Position numbers and translations under genes: made by a program
IMG/VR virus record: IMGVR_UViG_3300032296_003714
Location: 43,330 to 107,329 of that record
Strand: one strand, 5' to 3'
Source: a virus
Length of the DNA stretch: 64,000 nucleotides
The notes under the pieces: generated by a model
Databases searched by the model: none
What the model saw: the letters and a program-made list of their open reading frames with translations, nothing else
What the model was told of the DNA's origin: nothing
Shown: in pieces, positions 27,901 through 37,971 of the stretch
How the letters are laid out: each line of letters begins with the position of its first letter
Position numbering within the stretch: position 1 is the first letter of the stretch

Positions 27901-29940
27901 GCGTGTAGAAGGATTGTGATATCATCAATAAATGTTCAACAAAAAACACCTGTTGCTCAAAATCCGGCAAATTCTAACCAACCAATAGTTACCTCTCAAA
28001 ATGGAACCACTAATGTTGTACAGAATACAAATTCCAATAGAAGTCTACCAACAAAGAACCTTTCAAAAAAAGTCTTAAGGTTGTTGTTGTCTGAGTGTGA
28101 TTACTTTGAAAGTATTAAGGAGTATACACCAATGGTTTATGATAACCTTAAAGAAAAATTAAAATTTTTCAATCCCGCATTCCACTCAACAACCCCAGAA
28201 GGGCTAAACTCAAGATTAACTTTTTTAAATCAATGTTTAAGGCCTGGTGAAACTATACCAGTTGTTAAAAGTGTTAATGGGAAGGAAACATTACAATATA
28301 ACAATTCGGTAAATACCGCATTTGGTGCACCTCCTGTTTTAGTTTTGAGAGTTGGTGATTTTTATAATACAAAAATAATACCCGACAATTTGGCAATAAC
28401 ATATGAAGGATTGGATTTGAACCCTGAAGGTATTGGTGTACAACCCATGATTGCCAATATCACATTGAGCTTCAAGTTTGTCGGAGGTAGCGGAATAAAA
28501 GACGCTGTGGACAGATTACAAAACGCTCTTTCATTCAACTACTATGCAAATACTGAAGTTTATGATGATAGGGCAGATGTTACTGATAAGAGTTTAGAAG
28601 ATTTAGATACTCTGTTTGCTTCAATATATAATCCAACACAACCACCACCAACAACAAATGAGGTTCAAAATAATGACGGTCAGAAGAACGGAGGAACCAT
28701 CGGAGAAGTTTTATCAACTACAACAACAGAATCAGGAACTACAGGACAAATATCATACACCAAGTTTTTCTCTACTTTGTCTGATAAAACACAAGAATAT
28801 TTCAGAAATGTTTTAAATAAAAATAAAGAAGTTTTATCACAATATAATGAAGGGGTTAGACAAATGTTCACCTTCACAAGAAATTATACAAAGGGTCAGA
28901 TACTAGGTTTAGGTAATGCGGAATATGGGTATATTTTTGGAAAACCCGCAAATTACCAATCTAACATGGATAGTGTTTTTTCTGGTTTGTTATCAGATAT
29001 ACAACAAGATGACGATGAATTTATAGATTTTATGTCTAAAAAAGGATTTTCAAATAAAGCTATGAGGGCGTTAAAGACTAATTATAAAAATTATGTAAGT
29101 CAAAAACAATCAACTTATTTGAATGCTCTAAGTAAAACAATACAAGATTTTACACTATTACAACAAAACTATGTTATGGAAATTGCTAAATTAAATGCAA
29201 TAACATTTGGTAGAGTCGTGGGTCTTAATACTAAAGTTTCAGGAACTGACGGTTATCAAGAGAAAAATAATAATACTGTTACTTATTTTACAACTGGGGA
29301 CTCATTTTCAAATCTTACTAAAGACGGGGTTACACTTAGAACTTCATTAGGTCAATTTGCAATTGAGTGTGAAAAAACAATTTCTTTTGGAAAAGAAAAC
29401 TATAGAAATCAATTAGTCAGACCGAACAATGAAAAATTCGTTAAAGACAACATTTTCAAACAAGTAAGTGGTAATGGGAAGTTCGCTAGTGCAAATTTCC
29501 AAAGAGAGTATGTAATATTGAGTAATGAAGTTGTTGATATAAACAAATATAGTGCATTCAAAAGTTTTTTAATTAATGATATATTGAATACAAAATCACT
29601 TATGGAAAATGGAAATACTAATATAAGCGAAATGTTTGATGAATATTGGACTGGTCAAGTAAGACCAATTTTTGAAAAAGAAAACAAAGCGGCTTTAGAA
29701 TTTCTTGATTATTTAGAAACCAATACACTTAAAGATTATATTAACTATACTGCTTTAAAGGGACAGAGTGACAAAACTCTTTTCTATAGTAATCAACAAG
29801 ACGCTAATGAAGACTCTCTGAAAAATAAAAGAAAAGATGTTATTAATTCATTAGGAAAGTCAAGTAATAGTAATACAATTAAAAGTACTTTTAACGACGT
29901 GGAAGGTTCGATAAACATAACTAAAGTGAAACTAAACTAA
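24970..29940 (+). CDS. large baseplate / tail-tube-initiator-like protein with an internal OmpA-like domain
   Basis: WFPPYDLKFSE...FIGRPEPVYTY and GAPPVLVLRVGDFY tube-initiator-like motifs; follows the TMP. Confidence 0.6.
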   Translation: MASPLLVTSEVFRKKILVKNLTPYNKSPRKIVPPVDYPTNISDLAVKDSPDDLIDTPIFAKELYTKNQYGAEGGYKQVPDPGALLNTKSNEGEYGPGQQDAKILDQGFSESKKWKPLNAYANGPTVVDSAEAFSTLDIVYPNGGRTPNGQPYPTTFNPSSYSPVSILLTSDPQGSNGLLSADSYIARLGATVLRKEFETRIGNEIRQNTIARANIFNVRSGTDLLNIVTGRVPLIQPDYRITVPANPILAATDFALRLAGSILPVSPIVGSYWDTSINSGQPTTIQQLTNAFKRSGTGKFFSRVLGFNKTGSQLFLNNTGGGQKSRLFDNLDYNKYKPNYTRTILDRLGGAIVGTTSTVSNYYIGSITSDPSRILSPGGDVPVDSFAREVSTPVYGPTELAQLYEGPSRSSRLGANGPSYGNGGGVEGGFTWVSPKYKGNAGKKVGIGGEIIQQDEDFKPSSYNSTESTNSEFRDGSILDDTQRLIDSQPSGGRRLQHVGNAIDQVSKVFHDGYKEITKGSQVIKYTGAIGQEVGYEYCRVFTKDVPYLQYNDLQKVDGITTSGRKISYSVLDNTYNLNIFPNKKDSAGNSTNLVGDNENTYYAKKYMFSLENLAWRTSSTPGYTVSDLPVCERGPNGGRVMWFPPYDLKFSETNTASWKDSSFIGRPEPVYTYSNTRRTGSLSWKIVVDHPSVLNLIVNKVLNNETNNSRIDNMINSFFAGCLKYDLYELAEKYPLANPNELYNIQRELDAGKLSKEQVQTVKNTLTTGNESPTGQEMSVKSNVDLNTNNIQTALTGIGFYFENEEPDNSSSSFSSLYDTYILRKPVIIDQSPTVTDPYNSGPQQVSTFFNNVVQWNYEQFNKNLTDIYNGFNSGNIEKVIFNLAGTTSSSTNRQYNNRVNSNRIESIKTYIKNYKPGGAQKTLGQISESRITYVTAASESSVRTKSSSGYGESYNCGEKDTKKTDSTNVNTVNAMACRRIVISSINVQQKTPVAQNPANSNQPIVTSQNGTTNVVQNTNSNRSLPTKNLSKKVLRLLLSECDYFESIKEYTPMVYDNLKEKLKFFNPAFHSTTPEGLNSRLTFLNQCLRPGETIPVVKSVNGKETLQYNNSVNTAFGAPPVLVLRVGDFYNTKIIPDNLAITYEGLDLNPEGIGVQPMIANITLSFKFVGGSGIKDAVDRLQNALSFNYYANTEVYDDRADVTDKSLEDLDTLFASIYNPTQPPPTTNEVQNNDGQKNGGTIGEVLSTTTTESGTTGQISYTKFFSTLSDKTQEYFRNVLNKNKEVLSQYNEGVRQMFTFTRNYTKGQILGLGNAEYGYIFGKPANYQSNMDSVFSGLLSDIQQDDDEFIDFMSKKGFSNKAMRALKTNYKNYVSQKQSTYLNALSKTIQDFTLLQQNYVMEIAKLNAITFGRVVGLNTKVSGTDGYQEKNNNTVTYFTTGDSFSNLTKDGVTLRTSLGQFAIECEKTISFGKENYRNQLVRPNNEKFVKDNIFKQVSGNGKFASANFQREYVILSNEVVDINKYSAFKSFLINDILNTKSLMENGNTNISEMFDEYWTGQVRPIFEKENKAALEFLDYLETNTLKDYINYTALKGQSDKTLFYSNQQDANEDSLKNKRKDVINSLGKSSNSNTIKSTFNDVEGSINITKVKLN

Positions 29941-30263
29941 TGGGATTTCCTTATTATAATAGATATTCGACCTTCTTAATAAATGGAGAACAGACAGTGG
30001 TTCCCTATGTTCCAGTACCCAATAAAACGAGCGATAAGACTTATATATATAAAGTAGGTAAAAGTAGGTTGGATAAAGTCTCACAAGAATTTTATGGTAC
30101 ACCGTATTTCGGATGGTTGATATTACAGGCAAACCCACAATATGGTGGTTTAGAAAATTATATTTATGACGGTGCTATATTGACAATCCCATTTCCTCTC
30201 ATACCATCTTTACAAGATTATAAAGGAGCATTAGAAAACTATTTCTATTATTATGGCAGATAA
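29940..30263 (+). CDS. LysM-like baseplate wedge protein (P2 gpX / T4 gp53-like)
   Basis: RLDKVSQEFYG.PYFGWLILQANP...GAILTIP. Confidence 0.8.
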   Translation: MGFPYYNRYSTFLINGEQTVVPYVPVPNKTSDKTYIYKVGKSRLDKVSQEFYGTPYFGWLILQANPQYGGLENYIYDGAILTIPFPLIPSLQDYKGALENYFYYYGR

Positions 30264-33200
30264 TTTTTTATCGGACAACAGTGGTAACATATTGGTCGAG
30301 TTTGATTATAACAATATTATTATTGTTGACCCAAACAAAACAATAGACAGCCAAGGTAAAACTCAGGAAAGACTGGTTGACCATGAAAATTTGGTTATGT
30401 TTGTCAACTTAGAGGCTGAGGTGTTACCTAGAACAAAATTGGCGGTTGGGGGTAGTCCTCAAAATGTTGCTACAACAGTATCGATTGCAAAAATTAATTT
30501 TTTAGCACCAAATAAGGATAATTATTTTTCTACACAATATTATGATGAGTTAACAGGTTTGAATACAAATAATGGTACGGGACAAAATCAAACAACTGAA
30601 ACACTAGAAAATAATCCAAACAACAAACGACCTTACATTAAGACATCCGTTGTAACTAATGGTGTTGATGGTACGATAGACAATGGGTTATTGGGTATTA
30701 CAAGTATAAATGTAAGATTAGGAACATCTTTTATACCGACAGTAGATGTAGAATTGGAGGATGTACAAGGAAGGGCGTTGTTCCAACTTGGAGATAATTC
30801 ACCATATGCTGCATTTTTCAATTTACCATATCCACCATTTTATTTAACAATAAAAGGGTATTATGGGCAAGCGGTAAGATACCAACTTAATCTTGAAAAA
30901 TTTAATGCAAGGTTCAACTCTTTTAGTGGGAACTACCAAGTGTCATTAAAGTTTCAAGGATATAAGTTCAATATTTTGAATGAAATTGAGATGGGGAGCT
31001 TGTTTGCAACCCCACACATGTATTCAACAAGATATGATATCTCAAGTGGTTCTAATCCAAGAGTTAATACTTCGATAAATTCACAATCAACAGGAACAAC
31101 ACCTATTTTAAATTCAAATGATACTCAAGTTAATGTTGAGTCAATTGTAACTGAAAGGGGATATGAAAAAATACTTGAGGTATACAGTGAATATAAGGCT
31201 AAAGGTATATTGGCTGCTGATTTTCCTGAGTTAACATTGGCTCAGTTTATGTATAAGATAGATTTGTTTGAAACAAATGTATTGGAAACATATCCAAAGG
31301 CAAATGTCCAACCATTGACTGATTGTAGAAAATACAAGGCATTATTGAAAGAATATTATGGGAAGGTTTACCAAGATTCAAATTCTTGGTTTAATAAATG
31401 GATGAATCCAAAACCACTAATAGGAAATCAGGACCAAATGTATTATGTGTTCAAAGACTTTACAGCGGCAGAAAAAACTACGGCACAGGCAGAACTAAAA
31501 AATATTCTTAACACATACAGAATAAAACTTGACGAGTCAGGTGTATTAGGAAGTGGAGGAAGGTCACCCGTTGAAAACAGTATACAAATTACAGATATCA
31601 TCTTAAATAATTTCAACTTTCAGGCAAATATAAACGAACAAAAAACTATACAATCAATTACAGGGATTGTTAGACCTAGTCCCGATTCTGAAGCATTTAT
31701 TAAGGCAAGAGAAATCATATCACAATTATATAAAGTTACATTTGTTACTGACCAGACAAATTCTGTAAGTGTACAATCAGTGAGCAAATTAGATTTTTTA
31801 TTAGAACCCATTTTTCAGTTTAGTGAGTTTACAAATAAAATACAAACGATGGAGGCCGAGGCTAATAGAAAATTAGGTGAGTATGAGACTTTAATTACTG
31901 AAGATTTAGCAAAAAAACTCGAAGACGACAGGTTAGGTATTGGATTTCTACCAACGGTAAGAAATGTTAGTGCAATAATAATGGCTTCAGCTGAAGGTTT
32001 CATTAGACTAATGGACGAGGTACATACGAAGGCTTGGAATAAAAGAAATGATGATGTAAGAAGGAGGGTTATTCTACAAAATACTTCTTCGGCGCCTGCT
32101 TCAGATGCAAAAAACCTTGCACAAAAAATTCCGTCAGAGCAAACCACACAATCACAAATACCGGTGTACCCGTGGCCACAATTCTTTGTTGAAACACCTG
32201 ATGATAAAAAAGGTAGATTCCAACTCAGATATTTGGCGGACCCGTCTGTTGTTTCACTAACTGCAGGAAATAGATATGATGTGTGGCCTGAGGTTGAGTT
32301 TGTTGAAGAATATTTAAAAGGACTGACTCAAAAATTTGACCCTCCAATATCGCAACCACCATCAAATAGCTCAAGTATAACTAACTTAATTAATATTAAC
32401 GCTATTGAATTTCCGCAAAACAATTTAGCATATAGAAATAAAGAAGAAATTAAATTCTTCTATGAAATATATGAAAGACAATTTGTTACTGCTCATTATT
32501 CGGGACTTAGTAGAATTAAAGATGATAATCCATATTTAACTGCGTTATTAGATTCGATAAAAGATTATGAGAGTCAAAATATTGTAAGTAGCTTAAGTAT
32601 CAATAACCCAACACTAACCAGCAACTTAAAAAATTATGTATTCAATTCTACAAATTATGTAGAAAGACTTAGAGAATTTTCTAACAACGGAACAGGAAGA
32701 AGTTACCAAGACTTTATTAGAGATTTCTTTGTCACACCTTATCTTAGAACATTGACGGATAAATCATTTTCAATTCTAAATTTAGAAAATGAAGGGGCGA
32801 TACCGCAAAATAATTTAGCTAAAGTTGCAACTCAAATCCAAGAAGTTTTGGATAAAGCTCCTAATACAACGACGGTAATGGATACATATCCATTTACAGA
32901 TAATTCTTGGGTTTCTAAAAACATGGTACAAATTGATAAAAACCAAGGAGGACTGGTTTTTAATACAAACAAAACATTAAAGGTTTACAAACCAAGAAAT
33001 GTAATATCTAATTTTACGGGTATGACGGATTATAAATCCGCAAGACCAGTTACAAATTTCAATTATACTTTACCAATATCAACATTAGTTGACCCAACCG
33101 CTTTTGATTATAAAAGAAGTGCCTCACAACTTATACCAACAGAGGGTTATATGAGAACAATAGTCCCTGCGGTTAACAACCTGAATGTACCTCAGATACC

Positions 33201-36200
33201 CGAACTAACAACAACATCTATTTTTAATACACCGTTTTTTATAAATGCAATTAGTGAAGGTGTTGATAACAATAAAAAAGATAGTAAGTATCCTTATAAA
33301 TCTGCGGCATATCTTTTCTTGAACTCATTACCTTTAATTTCGCTAAGAGAATTGTTGAAAACTAAAGGTGATAATGGTTCTTATCTTGAAAACGATTATA
33401 TGTTTGCATCACTTAAAAAATTTGGTGCAATTCACAAACTTCCTTACGCATGGATACTAAAGATGGGCTCAATTTGGCACAGATATAAAACATATAAACA
33501 AGAAAATGTAGATATATTGGGCGGTGTTTGGGGTGATTTTAATTATATCAATAGTTATGACCCGATAACAAACAACCCATCTAAAATATATTCATATATT
33601 GATTCTTCAGGAAAAATACAAGAAATACAATTAGCAAATACTGTTAACAATGTCAGTACAACAAACGTTGGATTTTATCCAAAACTAATTAACGATTTTA
33701 ATTATTTCTATAATGGGTTTAATTTATTTAGTGGATACACAAATGAGGAGTTACAATCGGCCGTAGAAAAGAAAGGATTAAAAATTTTCAATATAACTAA
33801 TTCTAATATTAGTAATGTTAAAGGAGGTAATAACACTTTCAATCTTACCACATGGTCAGTTATGGTACCTGTTACGGATATCACTGTAAATATTGAAGAT
33901 TGTAAACCAACTACAACAACTACAACATCTAATTTATTAATAATCCCATCTTTCGGTTCAACAATTAATGAAACTAAAACCGCTTTGGTTTATAACTCAG
34001 AAATGGCAGAAGGAAAGGCGTTTAACGGAAACCCTTCAGTGTTTAATGGTTCTTGTAGACTTTTTTGGAAATCACCAAACTACGGATATTTTGATTCAAC
34101 ATTGGCAAGAAAACCTGAACCTGATGAATACATGAATCAAATCAGACAAGATATTAACGAATTGTCTCCATTTAGATTCTTAGGCGACGGTCAATATAGC
34201 AAAATAGATGATATATTTTCTGTTTTCAATAAAAGAATATTAGACTTGTTTGAGGAAGAGTTTTTGTATTTTTGTAAACCCTTAACTGATATAGAATTAG
34301 GACCAAAGACAGTTGTTTCATATAACGGCGTAAGGTCAAATAAAGACGATGTTTTCAGGAATTTCCAATATTTTATGAGAAACATGATGAAAGTACCGGC
34401 ACAGGGTACTCAGTCACTTCAAGATGTTTTCTTAAATAATATAAACAATCAAGCGGATGTGATACAAAATCAAATTGCATCCTTTTTAGAATATGATGTT
34501 TTATTTAGATTTGGAAATCCGTCAAATTATAATGAAAGAATATTTAATTCATTTGCGTCGTACACCACTCCTTTTCCTGTGGTAGTTGACCCAATACAAT
34601 TTGAACCATATGAAATTGATAGTTTACCATCTTCTTCTGGTGGGATAACACTTACACAATCAAAACAAAAATATTCTAAGGCTTGGAGAGAATTAGAGTT
34701 GCAAGTTGGTTTTTCTACAATAGAACAATTAAGATATAAAGATAGTGGTTCTTATATTACTGACTTTTTCATTGACAATAATATCAAATTTACCGTTGAT
34801 AACATTACCATATTAGCACCAATAATAAAAATATATGCCACACAAAAATTAATAAATCCAACAATAACTAGGTCACAGTTCACTACTCTTTTGGGACAAA
34901 ACGAGGCAGTTGCAAAGGCGTTACAAGATAAGATTTTGAATGGTGTTATGGATAAAGTTAGAACAAACCTACCAAATCAAAGCCAAGTTATACAAACTAC
35001 AAATCAAAGTGCTTTTGATGGAGAACAAGGTAAGGTAGAAACTTATGAAAAATTCAAAGCGTTAAATGATAAATGGATTGCTGGTGGTGATTTTACAAAT
35101 AAAACTTATTTTGAAGACATATTGTTTCTAGACAGAGCTTCAAGAAATATTGGAAATACATTACTCATTGATGTTTTTGAATTAAAGAAAATGTTGAATA
35201 AAAAAGCTGCCGAAAGTAGTTTAACCATGAGTGTATATACATTCTTGTCGGGGCTTTTAATAAATAGTAATTTTGTCGTTATGAACCTTCCAGCTTATGT
35301 GAATTTTTATAATGTGCAAGATGTAGACGGTGTTCAATTGAGAAAACCCGAAGGAACATTAGAATTTGCAAATAATTTATGGGGTACTTTCTTAAGTGTG
35401 GATTATAAGACATCGGGACCTAAAATGGTTTGTTTTTTCACAGGTAAACCCTCTCAATACTTAGATTTACCCGATAACAAATATTATGGATTCAGGAATG
35501 ATGGTTTTGATATGAGGAGAACTTCTGAAGTCCCTCTATTAGAAAATTTGGAAAATAAACAAGATTGGGCAATATCAAACAGATGTGTTGGTTTTGCTGT
35601 GGATATTGGCATAAGAAATCAAAATATATTTTATTCATTTACAGTAGGTCAAGAAAATGGTAAAGCAACTGCAGAATCTTTGAATGCACAATATAATATG
35701 TCTACACAAGCGGCAGGTGTAAATGTTGCAACACAGAATGTAGGATTATATAATATGTATAAACAAAGGAGTTATCCATGTACTGTTACTGCTTTAGGAA
35801 ATGCAATGATACAACCAACAATGTATTTCAACCTTAGACATGTGCCTATGTTTAATGGTCCATATCTGATACAAGATGTAGTACATTCGATATCACCAGG
35901 AAATTTCCAAACTCAATTTACAGGAACAAGACAAGGTATATTTGACCTACCACAAATCGACAAATATCTACAGAGTATTAATAGAAATCTACTTACCAAG
36001 TTGGAGGCTATTGTTAAGAATAGAAAAGAGCAGGTAGATAATATAGCAATAACTGACGCACAAAAAGCTGCTAATACACAAAGTAATGCTAACAATTCGG
36101 CTTCCACGGAAAATTCATGTGCCGCAATTACATCGTATCTCAATGAAGGATTTGAGAGTGTTAAAGTAACTGCAACAACTGAAAACCCACAAACCATGTA

Positions 36201-37026
36201 TAATGAGATTGTTAAGGTTCTTAAGCAAAATAGTCCTGTAGCTACGATTGACAATCAAATGCTTAAAGTGATGTACTCAATATGTTACGTAACAAATTAT
36301 AAAGATAATGTATTCAATGGTTACTCTAATAACTATTCAACACCAATTAATCTTAAAAATAATTTTTCACCAACATATAAAACACCTAGTGGAGGAATTC
36401 AGTATTTCAACAAAACATATAGTTGTGTTAAAGTTAGTGACAAGGAACAATTGCCTGTTGCAAACTTTGATACCTTGAATGATTTCGTATCTTTCTTATA
36501 TGCTAGATTAAAACCTAACCAAAAGTTAATAACTAAAGAAGGTTTATGGAAATATTATAATTGTGATTATCCAAGGGTTGGTTACGTTTCTAAATCAGCC
36601 TTTGAAAGTACAAAATTAACTAGTACGAATTATCAAAACACATTAGTAAGATTAACTGAAGGGGTTGAGAGTCTTAGAAAATTTGGTGTTGATGTTACAG
36701 ACATAAAAGAATTAATAAGTGGAACAACTGTAACTGCGGAACTGGCTAAAAATGCAAAATGTCCACCACCTACAATTATTGACTTTTATCCTAAATCAGC
36801 GTTCACGGGGGATACTGCACCACTAATTACAATAACAGGAACTTCACTTTACGGTAGCACTCAGGTATTCTTAAGTGGAATTACAGGTACAGTTAACTCA
36901 AAAACAAATACAGATACCGTTGTTCAGTTTGTACCGAGACAAAAAGTAACAGGTAAAATTAAAGTTAAAACTCAATACGGTGAAGTAGAAAGTAAAGAAG
37001 ATTTTGTATTTAGGTCTACTCAGTAA
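30253..37026 (+). CDS. very large baseplate hub protein (gp27/P2 gpD-like) with C-terminal IPT/TIG domain
   Basis: LGITSINV...VELEDVQG near the N-terminus; CTVTALGNAMIQPTMYF...GPYLIQDVVHSI...FQTQFTGTR hub signature; PTIIDFYP..ITITGTSL..TGKIKVKT at the end. Confidence 0.65.
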   Translation: MADNFLSDNSGNILVEFDYNNIIIVDPNKTIDSQGKTQERLVDHENLVMFVNLEAEVLPRTKLAVGGSPQNVATTVSIAKINFLAPNKDNYFSTQYYDELTGLNTNNGTGQNQTTETLENNPNNKRPYIKTSVVTNGVDGTIDNGLLGITSINVRLGTSFIPTVDVELEDVQGRALFQLGDNSPYAAFFNLPYPPFYLTIKGYYGQAVRYQLNLEKFNARFNSFSGNYQVSLKFQGYKFNILNEIEMGSLFATPHMYSTRYDISSGSNPRVNTSINSQSTGTTPILNSNDTQVNVESIVTERGYEKILEVYSEYKAKGILAADFPELTLAQFMYKIDLFETNVLETYPKANVQPLTDCRKYKALLKEYYGKVYQDSNSWFNKWMNPKPLIGNQDQMYYVFKDFTAAEKTTAQAELKNILNTYRIKLDESGVLGSGGRSPVENSIQITDIILNNFNFQANINEQKTIQSITGIVRPSPDSEAFIKAREIISQLYKVTFVTDQTNSVSVQSVSKLDFLLEPIFQFSEFTNKIQTMEAEANRKLGEYETLITEDLAKKLEDDRLGIGFLPTVRNVSAIIMASAEGFIRLMDEVHTKAWNKRNDDVRRRVILQNTSSAPASDAKNLAQKIPSEQTTQSQIPVYPWPQFFVETPDDKKGRFQLRYLADPSVVSLTAGNRYDVWPEVEFVEEYLKGLTQKFDPPISQPPSNSSSITNLININAIEFPQNNLAYRNKEEIKFFYEIYERQFVTAHYSGLSRIKDDNPYLTALLDSIKDYESQNIVSSLSINNPTLTSNLKNYVFNSTNYVERLREFSNNGTGRSYQDFIRDFFVTPYLRTLTDKSFSILNLENEGAIPQNNLAKVATQIQEVLDKAPNTTTVMDTYPFTDNSWVSKNMVQIDKNQGGLVFNTNKTLKVYKPRNVISNFTGMTDYKSARPVTNFNYTLPISTLVDPTAFDYKRSASQLIPTEGYMRTIVPAVNNLNVPQIPELTTTSIFNTPFFINAISEGVDNNKKDSKYPYKSAAYLFLNSLPLISLRELLKTKGDNGSYLENDYMFASLKKFGAIHKLPYAWILKMGSIWHRYKTYKQENVDILGGVWGDFNYINSYDPITNNPSKIYSYIDSSGKIQEIQLANTVNNVSTTNVGFYPKLINDFNYFYNGFNLFSGYTNEELQSAVEKKGLKIFNITNSNISNVKGGNNTFNLTTWSVMVPVTDITVNIEDCKPTTTTTTSNLLIIPSFGSTINETKTALVYNSEMAEGKAFNGNPSVFNGSCRLFWKSPNYGYFDSTLARKPEPDEYMNQIRQDINELSPFRFLGDGQYSKIDDIFSVFNKRILDLFEEEFLYFCKPLTDIELGPKTVVSYNGVRSNKDDVFRNFQYFMRNMMKVPAQGTQSLQDVFLNNINNQADVIQNQIASFLEYDVLFRFGNPSNYNERIFNSFASYTTPFPVVVDPIQFEPYEIDSLPSSSGGITLTQSKQKYSKAWRELELQVGFSTIEQLRYKDSGSYITDFFIDNNIKFTVDNITILAPIIKIYATQKLINPTITRSQFTTLLGQNEAVAKALQDKILNGVMDKVRTNLPNQSQVIQTTNQSAFDGEQGKVETYEKFKALNDKWIAGGDFTNKTYFEDILFLDRASRNIGNTLLIDVFELKKMLNKKAAESSLTMSVYTFLSGLLINSNFVVMNLPAYVNFYNVQDVDGVQLRKPEGTLEFANNLWGTFLSVDYKTSGPKMVCFFTGKPSQYLDLPDNKYYGFRNDGFDMRRTSEVPLLENLENKQDWAISNRCVGFAVDIGIRNQNIFYSFTVGQENGKATAESLNAQYNMSTQAAGVNVATQNVGLYNMYKQRSYPCTVTALGNAMIQPTMYFNLRHVPMFNGPYLIQDVVHSISPGNFQTQFTGTRQGIFDLPQIDKYLQSINRNLLTKLEAIVKNRKEQVDNIAITDAQKAANTQSNANNSASTENSCAAITSYLNEGFESVKVTATTENPQTMYNEIVKVLKQNSPVATIDNQMLKVMYSICYVTNYKDNVFNGYSNNYSTPINLKNNFSPTYKTPSGGIQYFNKTYSCVKVSDKEQLPVANFDTLNDFVSFLYARLKPNQKLITKEGLWKYYNCDYPRVGYVSKSAFESTKLTSTNYQNTLVRLTEGVESLRKFGVDVTDIKELISGTTVTAELAKNAKCPPPTIIDFYPKSAFTGDTAPLITITGTSLYGSTQVFLSGITGTVNSKTNTDTVVQFVPRQKVTGKIKVKTQYGEVESKEDFVFRSTQ

Positions 37027-37067
37027 TAATATCTACAGTAACGATATATTTATATAAAAACTATTTT

Positions 37068-37292
37068 ATGGATTTAACAAATACTTTGAACGCTTACTTA
37101 GGAAAAAAAGTAAGATATAGCGAACAAGATAACGGTGATGGAACAAGAGAAGTGTGTGATTTAGATACTGGTGATTGTTATGTTGTAAGGGAAAAAGATG
37201 GTCTTATTGAAAGAGCCGGACACCAAGTCTATACAAACAGAAAAGTTAAAGTAGAAACTTCAAGAGGAATAAAACAACTATTAAACGGATAA
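37068..37292 (+). CDS. hypothetical protein
   Basis: 74-aa ORF preceded by TATTTAT. Confidence 0.6.
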   Translation: MDLTNTLNAYLGKKVRYSEQDNGDGTREVCDLDTGDCYVVREKDGLIERAGHQVYTNRKVKVETSRGIKQLLNG

Positions 37293-37294
37293 AA

Positions 37295-37942
37295 ATGGCA
37301 ATAGATAAAAAAATTATAAGTGAGATACAAAGGTATCATTTTATTAACAATTATTTGAATGAGCAAGACGCTCCTCCACCTCCACCGGTTCCTGGTGAAG
37401 AAGCTGCCGTTCCTCCACCACCAGCTCCTGGTACAGAACCAGCACCTGTTGGAGACACCCCACCTCAAATCATAGATGTGGAGGCTGATAGTGAAGTAGA
37501 AAAAATAGATGATTCAGGGGAGTCCGAAGAAGCTGGTTCAGATAGTGGAACAGAAGAATTGGAAATTACAGACTTAGTAAAATCACAAGAAAACATTGAA
37601 ACTAAGCAAGAAGAGTATTTCAATAACTTGTTTTCACAAGTTTCAAGTTTAGAATCTAAATTAGGTGAAATGGATGCAATTTTAAATAAATTGAATTCAT
37701 TGGAAGCTAAGATAGAAAAATACAGAGAAAAAACACCACAAGAAAAATTAGAACTAAGAACATATGATTCATATCCTTTTAATCAGAAGCTAACAGATTT
37801 CTTTGATGATAAAAAAGAGGAGATGGAAAAAACAGGAAAACATGACTATGTTTTAACAAGTGATGATGTAACTGACATCAATGACAGGGATATAAAAGAT
37901 AGTTTTCATTTAAATCCTAATGATGAAGAAGAAAATTATTAA
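37295..37942 (+). CDS. acidic, proline-rich coiled-coil protein (scaffold or internal head-like)
   Basis: IISE...YLNEQ N-terminus, poly-Pro/Glu linker, heptad region. Confidence 0.55.
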   Translation: MAIDKKIISEIQRYHFINNYLNEQDAPPPPPVPGEEAAVPPPPAPGTEPAPVGDTPPQIIDVEADSEVEKIDDSGESEEAGSDSGTEELEITDLVKSQENIETKQEEYFNNLFSQVSSLESKLGEMDAILNKLNSLEAKIEKYREKTPQEKLELRTYDSYPFNQKLTDFFDDKKEEMEKTGKHDYVLTSDDVTDINDRDIKDSFHLNPNDEEENY

Positions 37943-37944
37943 AA

Positions 37945-37970
37945 TAAAGGTCTCTCAGGAGACCTTTATA
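37945..37970 (+). terminator. hairpin terminator
   Basis: TAAAGGTCTC-tcag-GAGACCTTTA. Confidence 0.7.
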
Positions 37971-37971
37971 A

